A stretch of DNA of 39,487 bases, from assembly GCA_017444005.1 (NCBI GenBank), contig JAFSXQ010000262.1, positions 1 through 39,487 on the forward strand, given 5' to 3'. Under the pieces are notes generated by a model. The model was not told the DNA's origin. It searched no databases and was given only the letters and a program-made list of their open reading frames with translations. This DNA is from Bacteroidaceae bacterium (GTDB lineage Bacteria > Bacteroidota > Bacteroidia > Bacteroidales > Bacteroidaceae). This document shows positions 1-7,902 of this stretch, one piece after another. The translations under genes and the position numbers were made by a program. Each line of letters begins with the position of its first letter. The stretch's first letter is position 1.

Positions 1-126
1 AATTCCAAAGTTCACAAACCGACTCACTCCATCTACGTGGCATACGTCACGACTTTCGGGGTCAGTGAGTCCAAGCACCGCTCACATATCAACGACATCG
101 TTACACTTGACGATTTTTTCCGGTAA
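1..126 (+). CDS. 3' end of an unidentified CDS entering from the left window edge (partial)
   Basis: Frame 1 is open from base 1 to TAA at 124-126 (NSKVHKPTHSIYVAYVTTFGVSESKHRSHINDIVTLDDFFR*). Third-position GC is about 63% by hand count, against about 44% for the other open frame. No family recognised. It is absent from the ORF track because it has no start in the window. Confidence 0.3.
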   Translation, partial: NSKVHKPTHSIYVAYVTTFGVSESKHRSHINDIVTLDDFFR

Positions 127-240
127 TTGTAAGGGGGTGCCAGAAATAGACCAAACATAGCCAACCGTGCCACTATGCCAATAAACGATTAACAGCAAGA
201 CGTTTACGTGTGGCTATGTTTTCCAGAAACCGTGCCGAAA

Positions 241-2364
241 CTATGCCAAAACTGTGTCACCCTTACGGAGACGGAGGTAATAGCCGCGGGCGGTTCGGGT
301 CTTTACCCGCGTCCACTTCAGTTTCTTGAGGGCAAGGCCGAGGTTGGTAAGGTTGGGTACATCCTTGGTTCTCAGATGCTTGCCGAGTTCCTTCTGGATG
401 GCGGTCGCCGTCCAGAAACTGTCTGGACGGCGATGGGCGACAGGTTCGAAGAGTTCCGACAACACGGTTTCCAGTGCCGACTCCTGCTGATAGGGGTTGT
501 TGTGGCGTTGGATTTCGGCCTCGTCGTCGCTCGTGAACCAGTAGATGCAGCCGGGTTCGTGCAACTCGCTGACGGCCTGGGCAAACATCTGGCGATAGGG
601 TATGCGGCCGCTCATGTCCGCCTTTCCCGTGACCTCCACGCAGAGATAGCGGCGCGTGCCGTCGCCGGAGGGCAAGGGCGAACGGTCGTTGGTGGTGGCG
701 ATGAACGAGCAGAGGCGGGGCGTCAGTGTGTACTGCTCGGAGCGCATCTTGCGCGTCTGCACCTCGTTTTCGGTAAGCAAACGCTTGATTTTGGCCTGCT
801 CGCGCGGCGTCTTCGCATCATACTCGTCGATGTTCACCAGCCACATGCGGCCCAACACGCGCTCCACCTGTTCGGCGTTGTCGAGTTTGATGTCCTTCAT
901 GTAGTAGTCGCGCATGGACTCCGGCAGGATGTGATTGCAGAACTGCGTCTTCATGTAGCCCTGTTCGCCGATGAGCAACGGCACCATAGAGTTGCCGTAA
1001 CTGCGGTTGAGGTTCAGTGCCTGTGCCACCATAGCCAGGAACCAGCGGTGGAAGTAGCGGGGCCACAATTCGTAGTCGGTAGGCAGACGGCGGGCGAAGT
1101 CTTCGATATAGTTGTGCTTACGGTCCCAACTGCCGCAGCCGGCGAGGAACTCGTGGATGGGGTTGTATTCCTTGATGTGCGCCGACTCGATGTAGGTGCG
1201 CATGTCGTTCATCCAACTTTCGCCGCCCTCCTTCATCTCTTCCACAACGATGCTCTTCAAGTCGCGTTCCGTCATCGTGCGCCAGGGGTGGAAGTGCATG
1301 TCGTTGGACCGGAACTCCGTAATGCCCTTCACCACGTTGTAGCGCAACTGGTACCGCCGCGACAGAAAGTCCTCGATGCTGCGCATGATGCGCTCCTTCT
1401 CGTTCATCTGCGAGACAGGCCTCCCCTCGTAGGGTTCCTTGTAGGCGTTGCGGAACGTCTTGCGGATGAGGTCCTCGCCCAAGGGCCTGAACCGTCTGTT
1501 CCAGGAGGCGCGCACCGTGCAGCCCTCTTCCGAGAGGCAGGCCCGGCGGCAGTAGTCGGCCAGTTTCTGCAGGCACTCCTCCATGTCGTCGGGACAGTCG
1601 TCGAGGGCCTTCGACAGGCAAACCTGATACTCCATCTGTATGCGTTCGCGCTGTTCGTAGTCGGGGTACCATATCACGGTGCCGTTGTCGTCGGTCCGGG
1701 TGCCTTCGTAGGGCTTCAGCGGATTGGTCCCCTGCCGCACCACGGGCATGGGTAGCGCCTGCGGGTTGTAGTAAAGTCGCGAATCGTAGCCCATCCGGCA
1801 TCCGTCGGTAATGGTCGTCCGGCCCGTCACGACGTCGCACTGCGCCAGTGTAGCATAGAGGCGCGCCGCGTTGTCGTGGGCATCCTGCAGGAAGGCAGCG
1901 TACGCCTGGACGGCATGGTCCTCCGACGCCAGCGGCTTTCCGTCGCCGCCCGCATGGTAGTCGCATCGGACAACCACCTTCAGCGTCACTCCGCTCACAC
2001 CAGCGAAAGCCAGCAGCGTGTAGGGTATCTGCCCCACCCTCTTGCGCATTTCGTCGACCTGCAGCAGACCCTCCGGACAGGGAATGTTGAGCAGCACCAG
2101 GCCGGAGAACGAGATGGGGTTGTCGAAGCCGCCCCTGCCGAAGGTGGCCGAGAAGATGAGATAGGGCAAAAGGTCGATGCTCGGTAGCACATAGCCGGGC
2201 GAGCCTTGATCCATCATCAGCCGCATGCCGAGCGTGTCGGCAGCAATGCGTGCAGCCGTCTCTTTGTTTTTTTCGCTCTGCATCCGCTCGACAACGGCAC
2301 TGAGTTCTGTGGAAACGGGGGTACCGAACTCGCCCGCGTCAGTGGTTACTTTGGTTATTTTCAT
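241..2364 (-). CDS. VirE N-terminal domain + virulence-associated protein E (VapE) family primase-helicase-like protein
   Basis: 707-aa ORF. The C-terminal half has a P-loop NTPase core typical of VapE/VirE proteins: Walker-A-like LIGEQGYMKT, Walker-B MWLVNIDEYD, then SFIATTN. The N-terminal ~250 aa resembles the VirE/BT4734-type N-terminal domain common in Bacteroidales mobile islets. Confidence 0.85.
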   Translation of the reverse strand: MKITKVTTDAGEFGTPVSTELSAVVERMQSEKNKETAARIAADTLGMRLMMDQGSPGYVLPSIDLLPYLIFSATFGRGGFDNPISFSGLVLLNIPCPEGLLQVDEMRKRVGQIPYTLLAFAGVSGVTLKVVVRCDYHAGGDGKPLASEDHAVQAYAAFLQDAHDNAARLYATLAQCDVVTGRTTITDGCRMGYDSRLYYNPQALPMPVVRQGTNPLKPYEGTRTDDNGTVIWYPDYEQRERIQMEYQVCLSKALDDCPDDMEECLQKLADYCRRACLSEEGCTVRASWNRRFRPLGEDLIRKTFRNAYKEPYEGRPVSQMNEKERIMRSIEDFLSRRYQLRYNVVKGITEFRSNDMHFHPWRTMTERDLKSIVVEEMKEGGESWMNDMRTYIESAHIKEYNPIHEFLAGCGSWDRKHNYIEDFARRLPTDYELWPRYFHRWFLAMVAQALNLNRSYGNSMVPLLIGEQGYMKTQFCNHILPESMRDYYMKDIKLDNAEQVERVLGRMWLVNIDEYDAKTPREQAKIKRLLTENEVQTRKMRSEQYTLTPRLCSFIATTNDRSPLPSGDGTRRYLCVEVTGKADMSGRIPYRQMFAQAVSELHEPGCIYWFTSDDEAEIQRHNNPYQQESALETVLSELFEPVAHRRPDSFWTATAIQKELGKHLRTKDVPNLTNLGLALKKLKWTRVKTRTARGYYLRLRKGDTVLA

Positions 2365-2750
2365 GGGGCTTACGTATGATTACGAATGGATTGTCGGGTT
2401 ATAACGGATGAAGGATTGTTATACAAAGGATGAAGGATCGTGAGGAGGGGGGGGGCGAACGACGTATCGCAGAGGGGAGCGCCTCGGTTATCTTCCGTCG
2501 TTTGCGTACGCCCGCACAACCGTTTGCGCCTACGCAAACGACCGTCCGCGTGTGCGCAAAAGCAAGACCGAGAAATCGGCATAGTGGCCTGAAAGGGACA
2601 GTATGTGCATCCGACTTCGCGTTCTGGCATGTGGCAGGATGTGCGGCAGGGTTTCGGCATAGTTTCGGCAGGGTTTTTGACCAATGCAGCCACACCTAAA
2701 GCACTCATTATCTATGGAATGCGACGAACGTGGCACAGGTGGCTATGTTT

Positions 2751-3374
2751 TTATAATTCCGTGTATATATCCTGTTGACCCATACGGGTCTTCAGCAGTT
2801 TGGGATTCTCGCCCCGCGTCCACGCGTTCAGTTGTTTACGGGCTGAATAGCGGGTCAGGTTGGCCTGCTCGGCAAACCGTTTCACCGTGGTGTATCCCTC
2901 CTTCAGGCATTCCTTCAAGGCCCCTTCCAGATAGGCATTGTCCGCCATCAACTGCAGCACGTCGGGGGTGTATTCCTTTCGGAAGCCGTGATGGAGCCAT
3001 TGTCCGATTTCCTTGTTCCACCGTTTGCCGGGTTTGTATTCCACACCGTCGAGTACGACGTCACTGTTCCTCACCTCATCGGGGTTGGTCACCTCCCTTA
3101 TCAGTGCCAGTTTGGGGGCGAACGAGCCAAGTGTCGTCTCCACGCGATACCCCTTTGCCATCAGTTCCGAGGCTGCGCGCATGAAGACCCCGAAGACCAG
3201 GGACAGTTCGCCCGACCTCAGTCCATAGCCGTCCCCGCTGCAGAACTCATCGAGTTGTTTCATGTCCACCTTGAAGCCGCCGGCTGGCCTGACATACACG
3301 ATGTTCCGCCCGTCCCTACCCTTTGCTGGCGTAGGATACACTTCGTAGGGCATTCCGTCTTTCTTCCTTGGCAT
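2751..3374 (-). CDS. HU-like (HU_HIG-type) DNA-binding protein
   Basis: The ORF track extends to 3491, but that extension overlaps the end of the upstream gene. The ATG at 3372-3374 gives MPRKKDGMPYEVYPTPAKGRDGRNIVYVRPAGG..., the usual N-terminus of Bacteroidales histone-like DNA-binding proteins. The following ...GELSLVFGVFMRAASELMAKGYRVETTLGSF matches the HU-fold core pattern. Confidence 0.75.
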   Translation of the reverse strand: MPRKKDGMPYEVYPTPAKGRDGRNIVYVRPAGGFKVDMKQLDEFCSGDGYGLRSGELSLVFGVFMRAASELMAKGYRVETTLGSFAPKLALIREVTNPDEVRNSDVVLDGVEYKPGKRWNKEIGQWLHHGFRKEYTPDVLQLMADNAYLEGALKECLKEGYTTVKRFAEQANLTRYSARKQLNAWTRGENPKLLKTRMGQQDIYTEL

Positions 3375-3474
3375 ACGTCGATTTACTATTATTACGGATT
3401 TCAGCACTTGCCTATATCGCATGGGACATAGACAAACGCCTTTGAATATGAGGGTATGGTGAGCGAAAAGTGCC

Positions 3475-3957
3475 TCACAGCCAGCCGCCACCGGAGTTGC
3501 CGGAGGTGGCTGGCTTCACTACGCCTTCGTTCTTGGCCTTGCGCAGCAGGCGGTCGTACTTCAGGAAGACGTGGGCCGAGCCTTCGTAGCCACCGGTAGA
3601 GGACGTGCGGATGTCGCCCAGCACCTCCAGACCTTCGACGTATTCATCGTAGGTGTCGCGCCCAGGCTCCTCGGTGAAGAACTTCATCAGCCACAGGTGC
3701 TGCTTGGGATCGATGTCCTTCGACACAATGGGTTCGTCGGACAATCCCTCCACACCCTCGTACAGGAGTTTCTGCAAGGGGAGTTTCTTCGCGTTGTCGA
3801 GGACGGCGCGCTCGTTGTGACCATAGCACTGAACCAGCAGGATGGCCGTCTCGCCCGACCGTGCGATAAGTTTGGCCGTGCCACGTACATTTTGGGCGCC
3901 GACCAAGGAGGCCGCACAGAGCAGCACGAGGGAGAGGAGTATGGAACAGGGTCTCAT
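3475..3957 (-). CDS. exported protein of unknown function (last gene of the tubulin-like operon)
   Basis: 160-aa ORF with an N-terminal signal peptide (MRPCSILLSLVLLCAASLVGAQN). It starts 9 bp after the stop of the upstream gene. No domain recognised. Confidence 0.7.
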   Translation of the reverse strand: MRPCSILLSLVLLCAASLVGAQNVRGTAKLIARSGETAILLVQCYGHNERAVLDNAKKLPLQKLLYEGVEGLSDEPIVSKDIDPKQHLWLMKFFTEEPGRDTYDEYVEGLEVLGDIRTSSTGGYEGSAHVFLKYDRLLRKAKNEGVVKPATSGNSGGGWL

Positions 3958-3966
3958 CGCGTATGA

Positions 3967-4776
3967 TTAGTTGTTCCAGAAACGTGTCTGGGCACCATGG
4001 TTAACGACGCGCAGTATCTGTTCGGCGTCCATCGCGGGCTTGATCTTGCGACCGCCGGCCGTGCACTTGCACAGCGTCATGTTGCCGCCCACGAGACGGA
4101 TGACCTTCAGTTCGGTCACCTTGTTCCATACGGGCTCGCCGCCGATGTACATGCGCTGGTAGACATCGAGTTGCTGTCCCTCGGCAATGCCCTGGTCACT
4201 GCCCAGGTTGACGTAGACCTCCGTGGCCACCTCGTTCTTGTCCATTTTGTCGATGGCCTTCACGGTACCGATGGCGGGGAATACGTCGTTGGCAAGGGCG
4301 GTGATGTCCTTGCGTACGTCCTCCATGACCTTCTGCATGGCCTCCTCAGAGTTGCCGGCATGGGCCGTCTTCTGGAACGAGCGGCTATAGGCCACCTCGC
4401 CCGTGCGGGCATTGGTGAGGCGGACGGTGTAGGAGAGCATGGCAGCAACGTTGTTCTCGGTGGCGTATGCGACGTTGTCCAACGTGCCGCTCAGGACGTA
4501 GGCAAAGCCCTTCTGCCCGAGCGTCTTCACGCGTTCGTTGACAGCCTCGGGCAGCGTGCCCAGAGTCTTGGAATCCACCACGGTGACACGGCCCAGCGAG
4601 GTGAGGTAGGAAACAACAGCCGAACGCAGGCGCTCAGCCACAGGGGCATTGTCGGCAACCACGGGAGTCACCTGATCCAGGCATACAGCCATCTTCTCGT
4701 CGGTCTCTGCCATGACTGGTGTGCAGAACAGGCAGAGCAGGGAAAGGAGGGTAAAGAGATTCTTTTTCATCTTCAT
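3967..4776 (-). CDS. exported protein, possibly LpoB/CsgG-like fold plus a C-terminal beta domain
   Basis: 269 aa with a signal peptide (MKMKKNLFTLLSLLCLFCTPVMA). The pattern ...RLRSAVVSYLTSLGRVTVVDSKTL...GFAYVLSGTLDNV...YTVRLTNARTGEVAYSRSF resembles LpoB/CsgG/TolB-N-type periplasmic modules. The fold call is a guess. Confidence 0.7.
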   Translation of the reverse strand: MKMKKNLFTLLSLLCLFCTPVMAETDEKMAVCLDQVTPVVADNAPVAERLRSAVVSYLTSLGRVTVVDSKTLGTLPEAVNERVKTLGQKGFAYVLSGTLDNVAYATENNVAAMLSYTVRLTNARTGEVAYSRSFQKTAHAGNSEEAMQKVMEDVRKDITALANDVFPAIGTVKAIDKMDKNEVATEVYVNLGSDQGIAEGQQLDVYQRMYIGGEPVWNKVTELKVIRLVGGNMTLCKCTAGGRKIKPAMDAEQILRVVNHGAQTRFWNN

Positions 4777-4822
4777 ATTTATTATTTCTTATTTATTATT
4801 TATCATTTCGTGGCCACCCCTT

Positions 4823-6109
4823 TTACAGGTCTTGCGCCAGGCGCAGGCCCACGGTGGGAGCCGTCTCGTCGGGCGACATGTAATGGCGGTGATTGTTGCG
4901 CAGCATCAGTCCGCGGTCCTGGTACGAGCCGCCACGCACGATGCGCACGTAGCCCGTCTCCGGCCCCAAGGGGTTGGCCACGTTATCGGCGGGATAGCGG
5001 TCCAGATAGTCCTGGCACCACTCGGCCACATTGCCGTTCATGTCCTGCAGACCGATGCGCGATGCCTTGCGGCTACCGCAGTCGATGGTCTGGCCCGACA
5101 TGTTGGCCACGTTGTCGGGGCTGGGTTCACCGCTGTAGGTGTCGGAGAGATTGGAGTCGCGGCAGTTGGCGGCAAACTCCCACTCGGCCTCGGTGGGCAG
5201 GCGGAAGCGTGTGTTGCAACGTTCGTTCAGCCGGCGGATGAACTCTTGGCAGTCGTCCCACGAGACGTTCTCCACGGGCAGTGTCGCCCCCTTGTGGATG
5301 GAGGGGTTGCTGCCCATGACGGCCTGCCAGAGGGCCTGCGGCACCTCGGTCTTGCCGATGGCATATCCGCGCAGGGTCACCTGGTGCTGAGGCATGTCCA
5401 GGCTGGCTGTGCTCAGGGCGTTAGGCAGGCGGCGGGCCCCCATCATGAACGAGCCCTGCTCGATGCGCACCATCTCGTAACCGATGCCGTCGAGCGAGAA
5501 ACTGCCCTCGGCCTTCATGTTCACGCGGTAGGTCATGGTCTGCCCCACACGAGCATCGACCTGCGCCGTCTCGTCGTTGTAGCCGCGGGCCTTCAGCGTC
5601 AGGGTATGCTTGCCGTCGGTGGTTTTCACCTTGAATGGTGGCGCGCCCGTTGCCTGCTTGGTGCCGTCGAGGTAAAGGTCGGCCTCCCCGACGTTGGTGT
5701 TCACCACCAGTGTGCCCGTGGGCTCGTTGCCCGTCGCAGGCTTTTGCACGACCAGTTTATAGGTGGTCTTGCTGGCAAGTCCCTGGGGGAACTTATCGCG
5801 GATGTTGAACTTCGGTGGAATGAATCCTTTTGCCTTTATTTCCAACCACTTGGCCTCGTTACACATGTACACCCAATAGTCGCCGTTGTGTTGCTCCACC
5901 TCGCCAACGATGTCGCCCTCGAAGGTAACATCCGGCACCGTTATGCGCACGACGACCAGCGGACAGATTTGTTTGTTGGCATCCTTCCGGGGATGGCTGA
6001 CGGCCAGAATCTCACTGGGGTCGGCATCAAACGACGTGACGACCAGTTGCTGTGCGAAAACCAGCAACGGAGAAAGGAGCAAGAGGAAAGAGAGGAACTG
6101 TCTTCTCAT
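4823..6109 (-). CDS. exported PEGA-domain + formylglycine-generating-enzyme-like (SUMF1/FGE-sulfatase family) protein
   Basis: 428 aa with a signal peptide (MRRQFLSFLLLLSPLLVFAQQ). PEGA-like segment: DLYLDGTKQATGAPPFKVKTTDGKHTLTLKARGYNDE. FGE-family motifs: YAIGKTEVPQALWQAVMG, VENVSWDDCQEFIRRLN, FRLPTEAEWEFAA, NGNVAEWCQD, IVRGGSY. Confidence 0.9.
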   Translation of the reverse strand: MRRQFLSFLLLLSPLLVFAQQLVVTSFDADPSEILAVSHPRKDANKQICPLVVVRITVPDVTFEGDIVGEVEQHNGDYWVYMCNEAKWLEIKAKGFIPPKFNIRDKFPQGLASKTTYKLVVQKPATGNEPTGTLVVNTNVGEADLYLDGTKQATGAPPFKVKTTDGKHTLTLKARGYNDETAQVDARVGQTMTYRVNMKAEGSFSLDGIGYEMVRIEQGSFMMGARRLPNALSTASLDMPQHQVTLRGYAIGKTEVPQALWQAVMGSNPSIHKGATLPVENVSWDDCQEFIRRLNERCNTRFRLPTEAEWEFAANCRDSNLSDTYSGEPSPDNVANMSGQTIDCGSRKASRIGLQDMNGNVAEWCQDYLDRYPADNVANPLGPETGYVRIVRGGSYQDRGLMLRNNHRHYMSPDETAPTVGLRLAQDL

Positions 6110-6124
6110 AATCCCGTTCTCATT

Positions 6125-7102
6125 CTAATTGAAATGGAGATTGTCGATATAGTCGAAACCCTTCTGTACATCGGTGTCCTGCGGCTGCCACGTGCGCACA
6201 AGGATTTGGGGGTGTTCCCGGTCCTTGAAGTCCCACAGCAAGATGACAATGCCCTTGTCCTTATACGTGTTGGTTGCCCACTCCTGGTCGAGGACCACTA
6301 CGTAGAAATTAGGCTTGGCGCCGTGACGCTTGATCTTGTAGCCGTCAAACTCCACGTGCACTTCTCCTGTTTTGGGGTTTGTAAATATCTTACGCAAATT
6401 GGCTAAATATTGAGCCTTAGGTTTGGGATCAAACACGACATCGGTCTGCATTGTTCCTGTCTCGCGCTTCACACGGGTCATCACCTTGCCGGTGACTATC
6501 AAGGCATCGTCGCTGAAGATGTCATCCAACATCTTGATATCTTTCCTTTTATAGGCGTTCTTCAGTTGCGTACAGAAACCGATAATCTCCAAGCGCTCGT
6601 CGGCATCACCAACGTCGAAACCCTCCTTTAGGATGCGCGTGTACTGGTGTTTGTCGATGGAGATGTTGAAGTCGATAATCTTGCCACTCAGGTCGAAGTC
6701 GACTTCCACCTCCTGGTTCACATCGTCGGCATAGGCCTCATCGACGGCCTCCATCTCCACGGGGATGTTGCGCACCTGATACTGATAGACGCGGCCTGCA
6801 CGCTTTAGGGAAAGGCCATGTTCCACGATGTCGTCGTCCAGACAGTGGAAACGGGCGTTTGCCCACAGCGAGGTGAGGCTTTGCGAAGCCATATCGCTGA
6901 TGCCGATACCCGTGAAATTGATGTCTGCTTTCTGGCTCGAGGCCTTGTTGATGGCCGTAAGCAGTCGGGAGAGGTTCGTCTCCATGCGCTGCTTCAGCGT
7001 GGCATTGCGGATGCCATCGGAGATTTCCACATTCACCTGATCTTGTGCGGTTGCGCCCCATGCAAACAGGGCAACCAACAAAGTCAATGCAATCTTTCTC
7101 AT
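6125..7102 (-). CDS. exported protein of unknown function (C-terminal half possibly NTF2-like)
   Basis: 325 aa with a signal peptide (MRKIALTLLVALFAWGATAQDQ). It starts 32 bp after the upstream stop. ERLEIIGFCTQLKNAYKRKDIKMLDDIFSDDALIVTG is reminiscent of SnoaL/NTF2-like domains; this is weak. Confidence 0.7.
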   Translation of the reverse strand: MRKIALTLLVALFAWGATAQDQVNVEISDGIRNATLKQRMETNLSRLLTAINKASSQKADINFTGIGISDMASQSLTSLWANARFHCLDDDIVEHGLSLKRAGRVYQYQVRNIPVEMEAVDEAYADDVNQEVEVDFDLSGKIIDFNISIDKHQYTRILKEGFDVGDADERLEIIGFCTQLKNAYKRKDIKMLDDIFSDDALIVTGKVMTRVKRETGTMQTDVVFDPKPKAQYLANLRKIFTNPKTGEVHVEFDGYKIKRHGAKPNFYVVVLDQEWATNTYKDKGIVILLWDFKDREHPQILVRTWQPQDTDVQKGFDYIDNLHFN

Positions 7103-7134
7103 ATCTTATTCTGTTTTTAGTTTATCCTTACTTA

Positions 7135-7902
7135 TTATTTGGCCAACTGAAACCAGATGGCGGTGTTGGCATCGTAGTTGTCCAACGTGTCGGCGGCCTT
7201 TGTGCGCAAGTTCGTGCGCTCTCCGTCGCCCGGACTGAGCACGGTCCGCAGGTTACCCTGTGCATCGCCGACCAGCAGGTAGCAGGCCGCGGGATTGGTG
7301 CAAGCACTCATGTAGCCCGTACGCTTCACACGATACTCGGCCTTCAGGCGGTTGAGCATGGCCTTGCCCTGTGCCAGGGTTTCGCAGTTCAGCAAGTCCT
7401 GGATGACCTGTTCCTGCCACGAGCCGGCAACCGTCTGAGGCTGGGGCTGTGTACGTGGCTTCGGTTCTGCCAGTACGGTCTTCACTTCAGGTTTCGGTGC
7501 AGGTTTCGGTTCTGCCTTCACCGCCGGCTTAGGTTCGGCTTTGGGTTGGGGAGCAGGCGCCGTTGTCGACAGGACATCCGTCTTCGCAATGTAGACAAAG
7601 ACGCGCGTCTGCTGCCCGCGTGGCATCTGCATCCGTTGCAGTCTGTCGGCATTCTTGGCTATCAGTTCACGCTCCTCGTCCGAGAGTTCGTGCTGCTGTT
7701 GAGCATATTCGCCCATGAAACTTATCAAAAGGTCGCGAGCCATCTCAAAAGCCTTCTCGGCGTCGGCATCGGTGGCCTCGGCATAGATGTAACTTTCGTT
7801 ACGCTTGATGTCGTTGATTTCCTTGCTGGTGTTCTGCGCTACAGCCACCGAACTCATCAAGGCAACAACGACCGACATCATCAGTTTTCTTACGTTCATC
7901 AC
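7135..7902 (-). CDS. exported protein with a central Pro/Lys/Glu/Ala-rich spacer
   Basis: 255 aa with a signal peptide (MMNVRKLMMSVVVALMSSVAVAQN). Its ATG overlaps the upstream stop (ATGA at 7899-7902). Central linker: APAPQPKAEPKPAVKAEPKPAPKPEVKTVLAEPKPRTQPQPQ. Confidence 0.75.
   Translation of the reverse strand: MMNVRKLMMSVVVALMSSVAVAQNTSKEINDIKRNESYIYAEATDADAEKAFEMARDLLISFMGEYAQQQHELSDEERELIAKNADRLQRMQMPRGQQTRVFVYIAKTDVLSTTAPAPQPKAEPKPAVKAEPKPAPKPEVKTVLAEPKPRTQPQPQTVAGSWQEQVIQDLLNCETLAQGKAMLNRLKAEYRVKRTGYMSACTNPAACYLLVGDAQGNLRTVLSPGDGERTNLRTKAADTLDNYDANTAIWFQLAK

Noticed and set aside
153-221. 11-bp perfect inverted repeat (AAACATAGCCA / TGGCTATGTTT) just after the VirE stop, considered as a transcription terminator.
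   Set aside because: It has a 47-nt loop and no T-tract after the stem on the minus strand. It is better explained as part of the nested repeat copies described in the findings.
208-1755. 515-aa plus-strand ORF, plus several 60-280-aa ORFs, overlapping the VirE/VapE gene.
   Set aside because: Its composition is Ala/Gly/Val/Arg/His-rich nonsense with no motifs. It lies antisense to a gene with clear family motifs, which marks it as a typical shadow ORF in GC-rich coding DNA.
3375-3491. N-terminal 39-codon extension of the HU-like ORF given by the track (start at 3491).
   Set aside because: The extension overlaps the 3' end of the upstream gene (3475-3957) and has no similarity to the family. 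The internal ATG at 3374 yields the canonical MPRKK...YEVYP N-terminus.
3997-6406. 414-aa and 564-aa plus-strand ORFs across the LpoB-like and FGE-like genes.
   Set aside because: They are antisense shadows. The minus-strand products have signal peptides and FGE motifs, while the plus-strand products are low-complexity.
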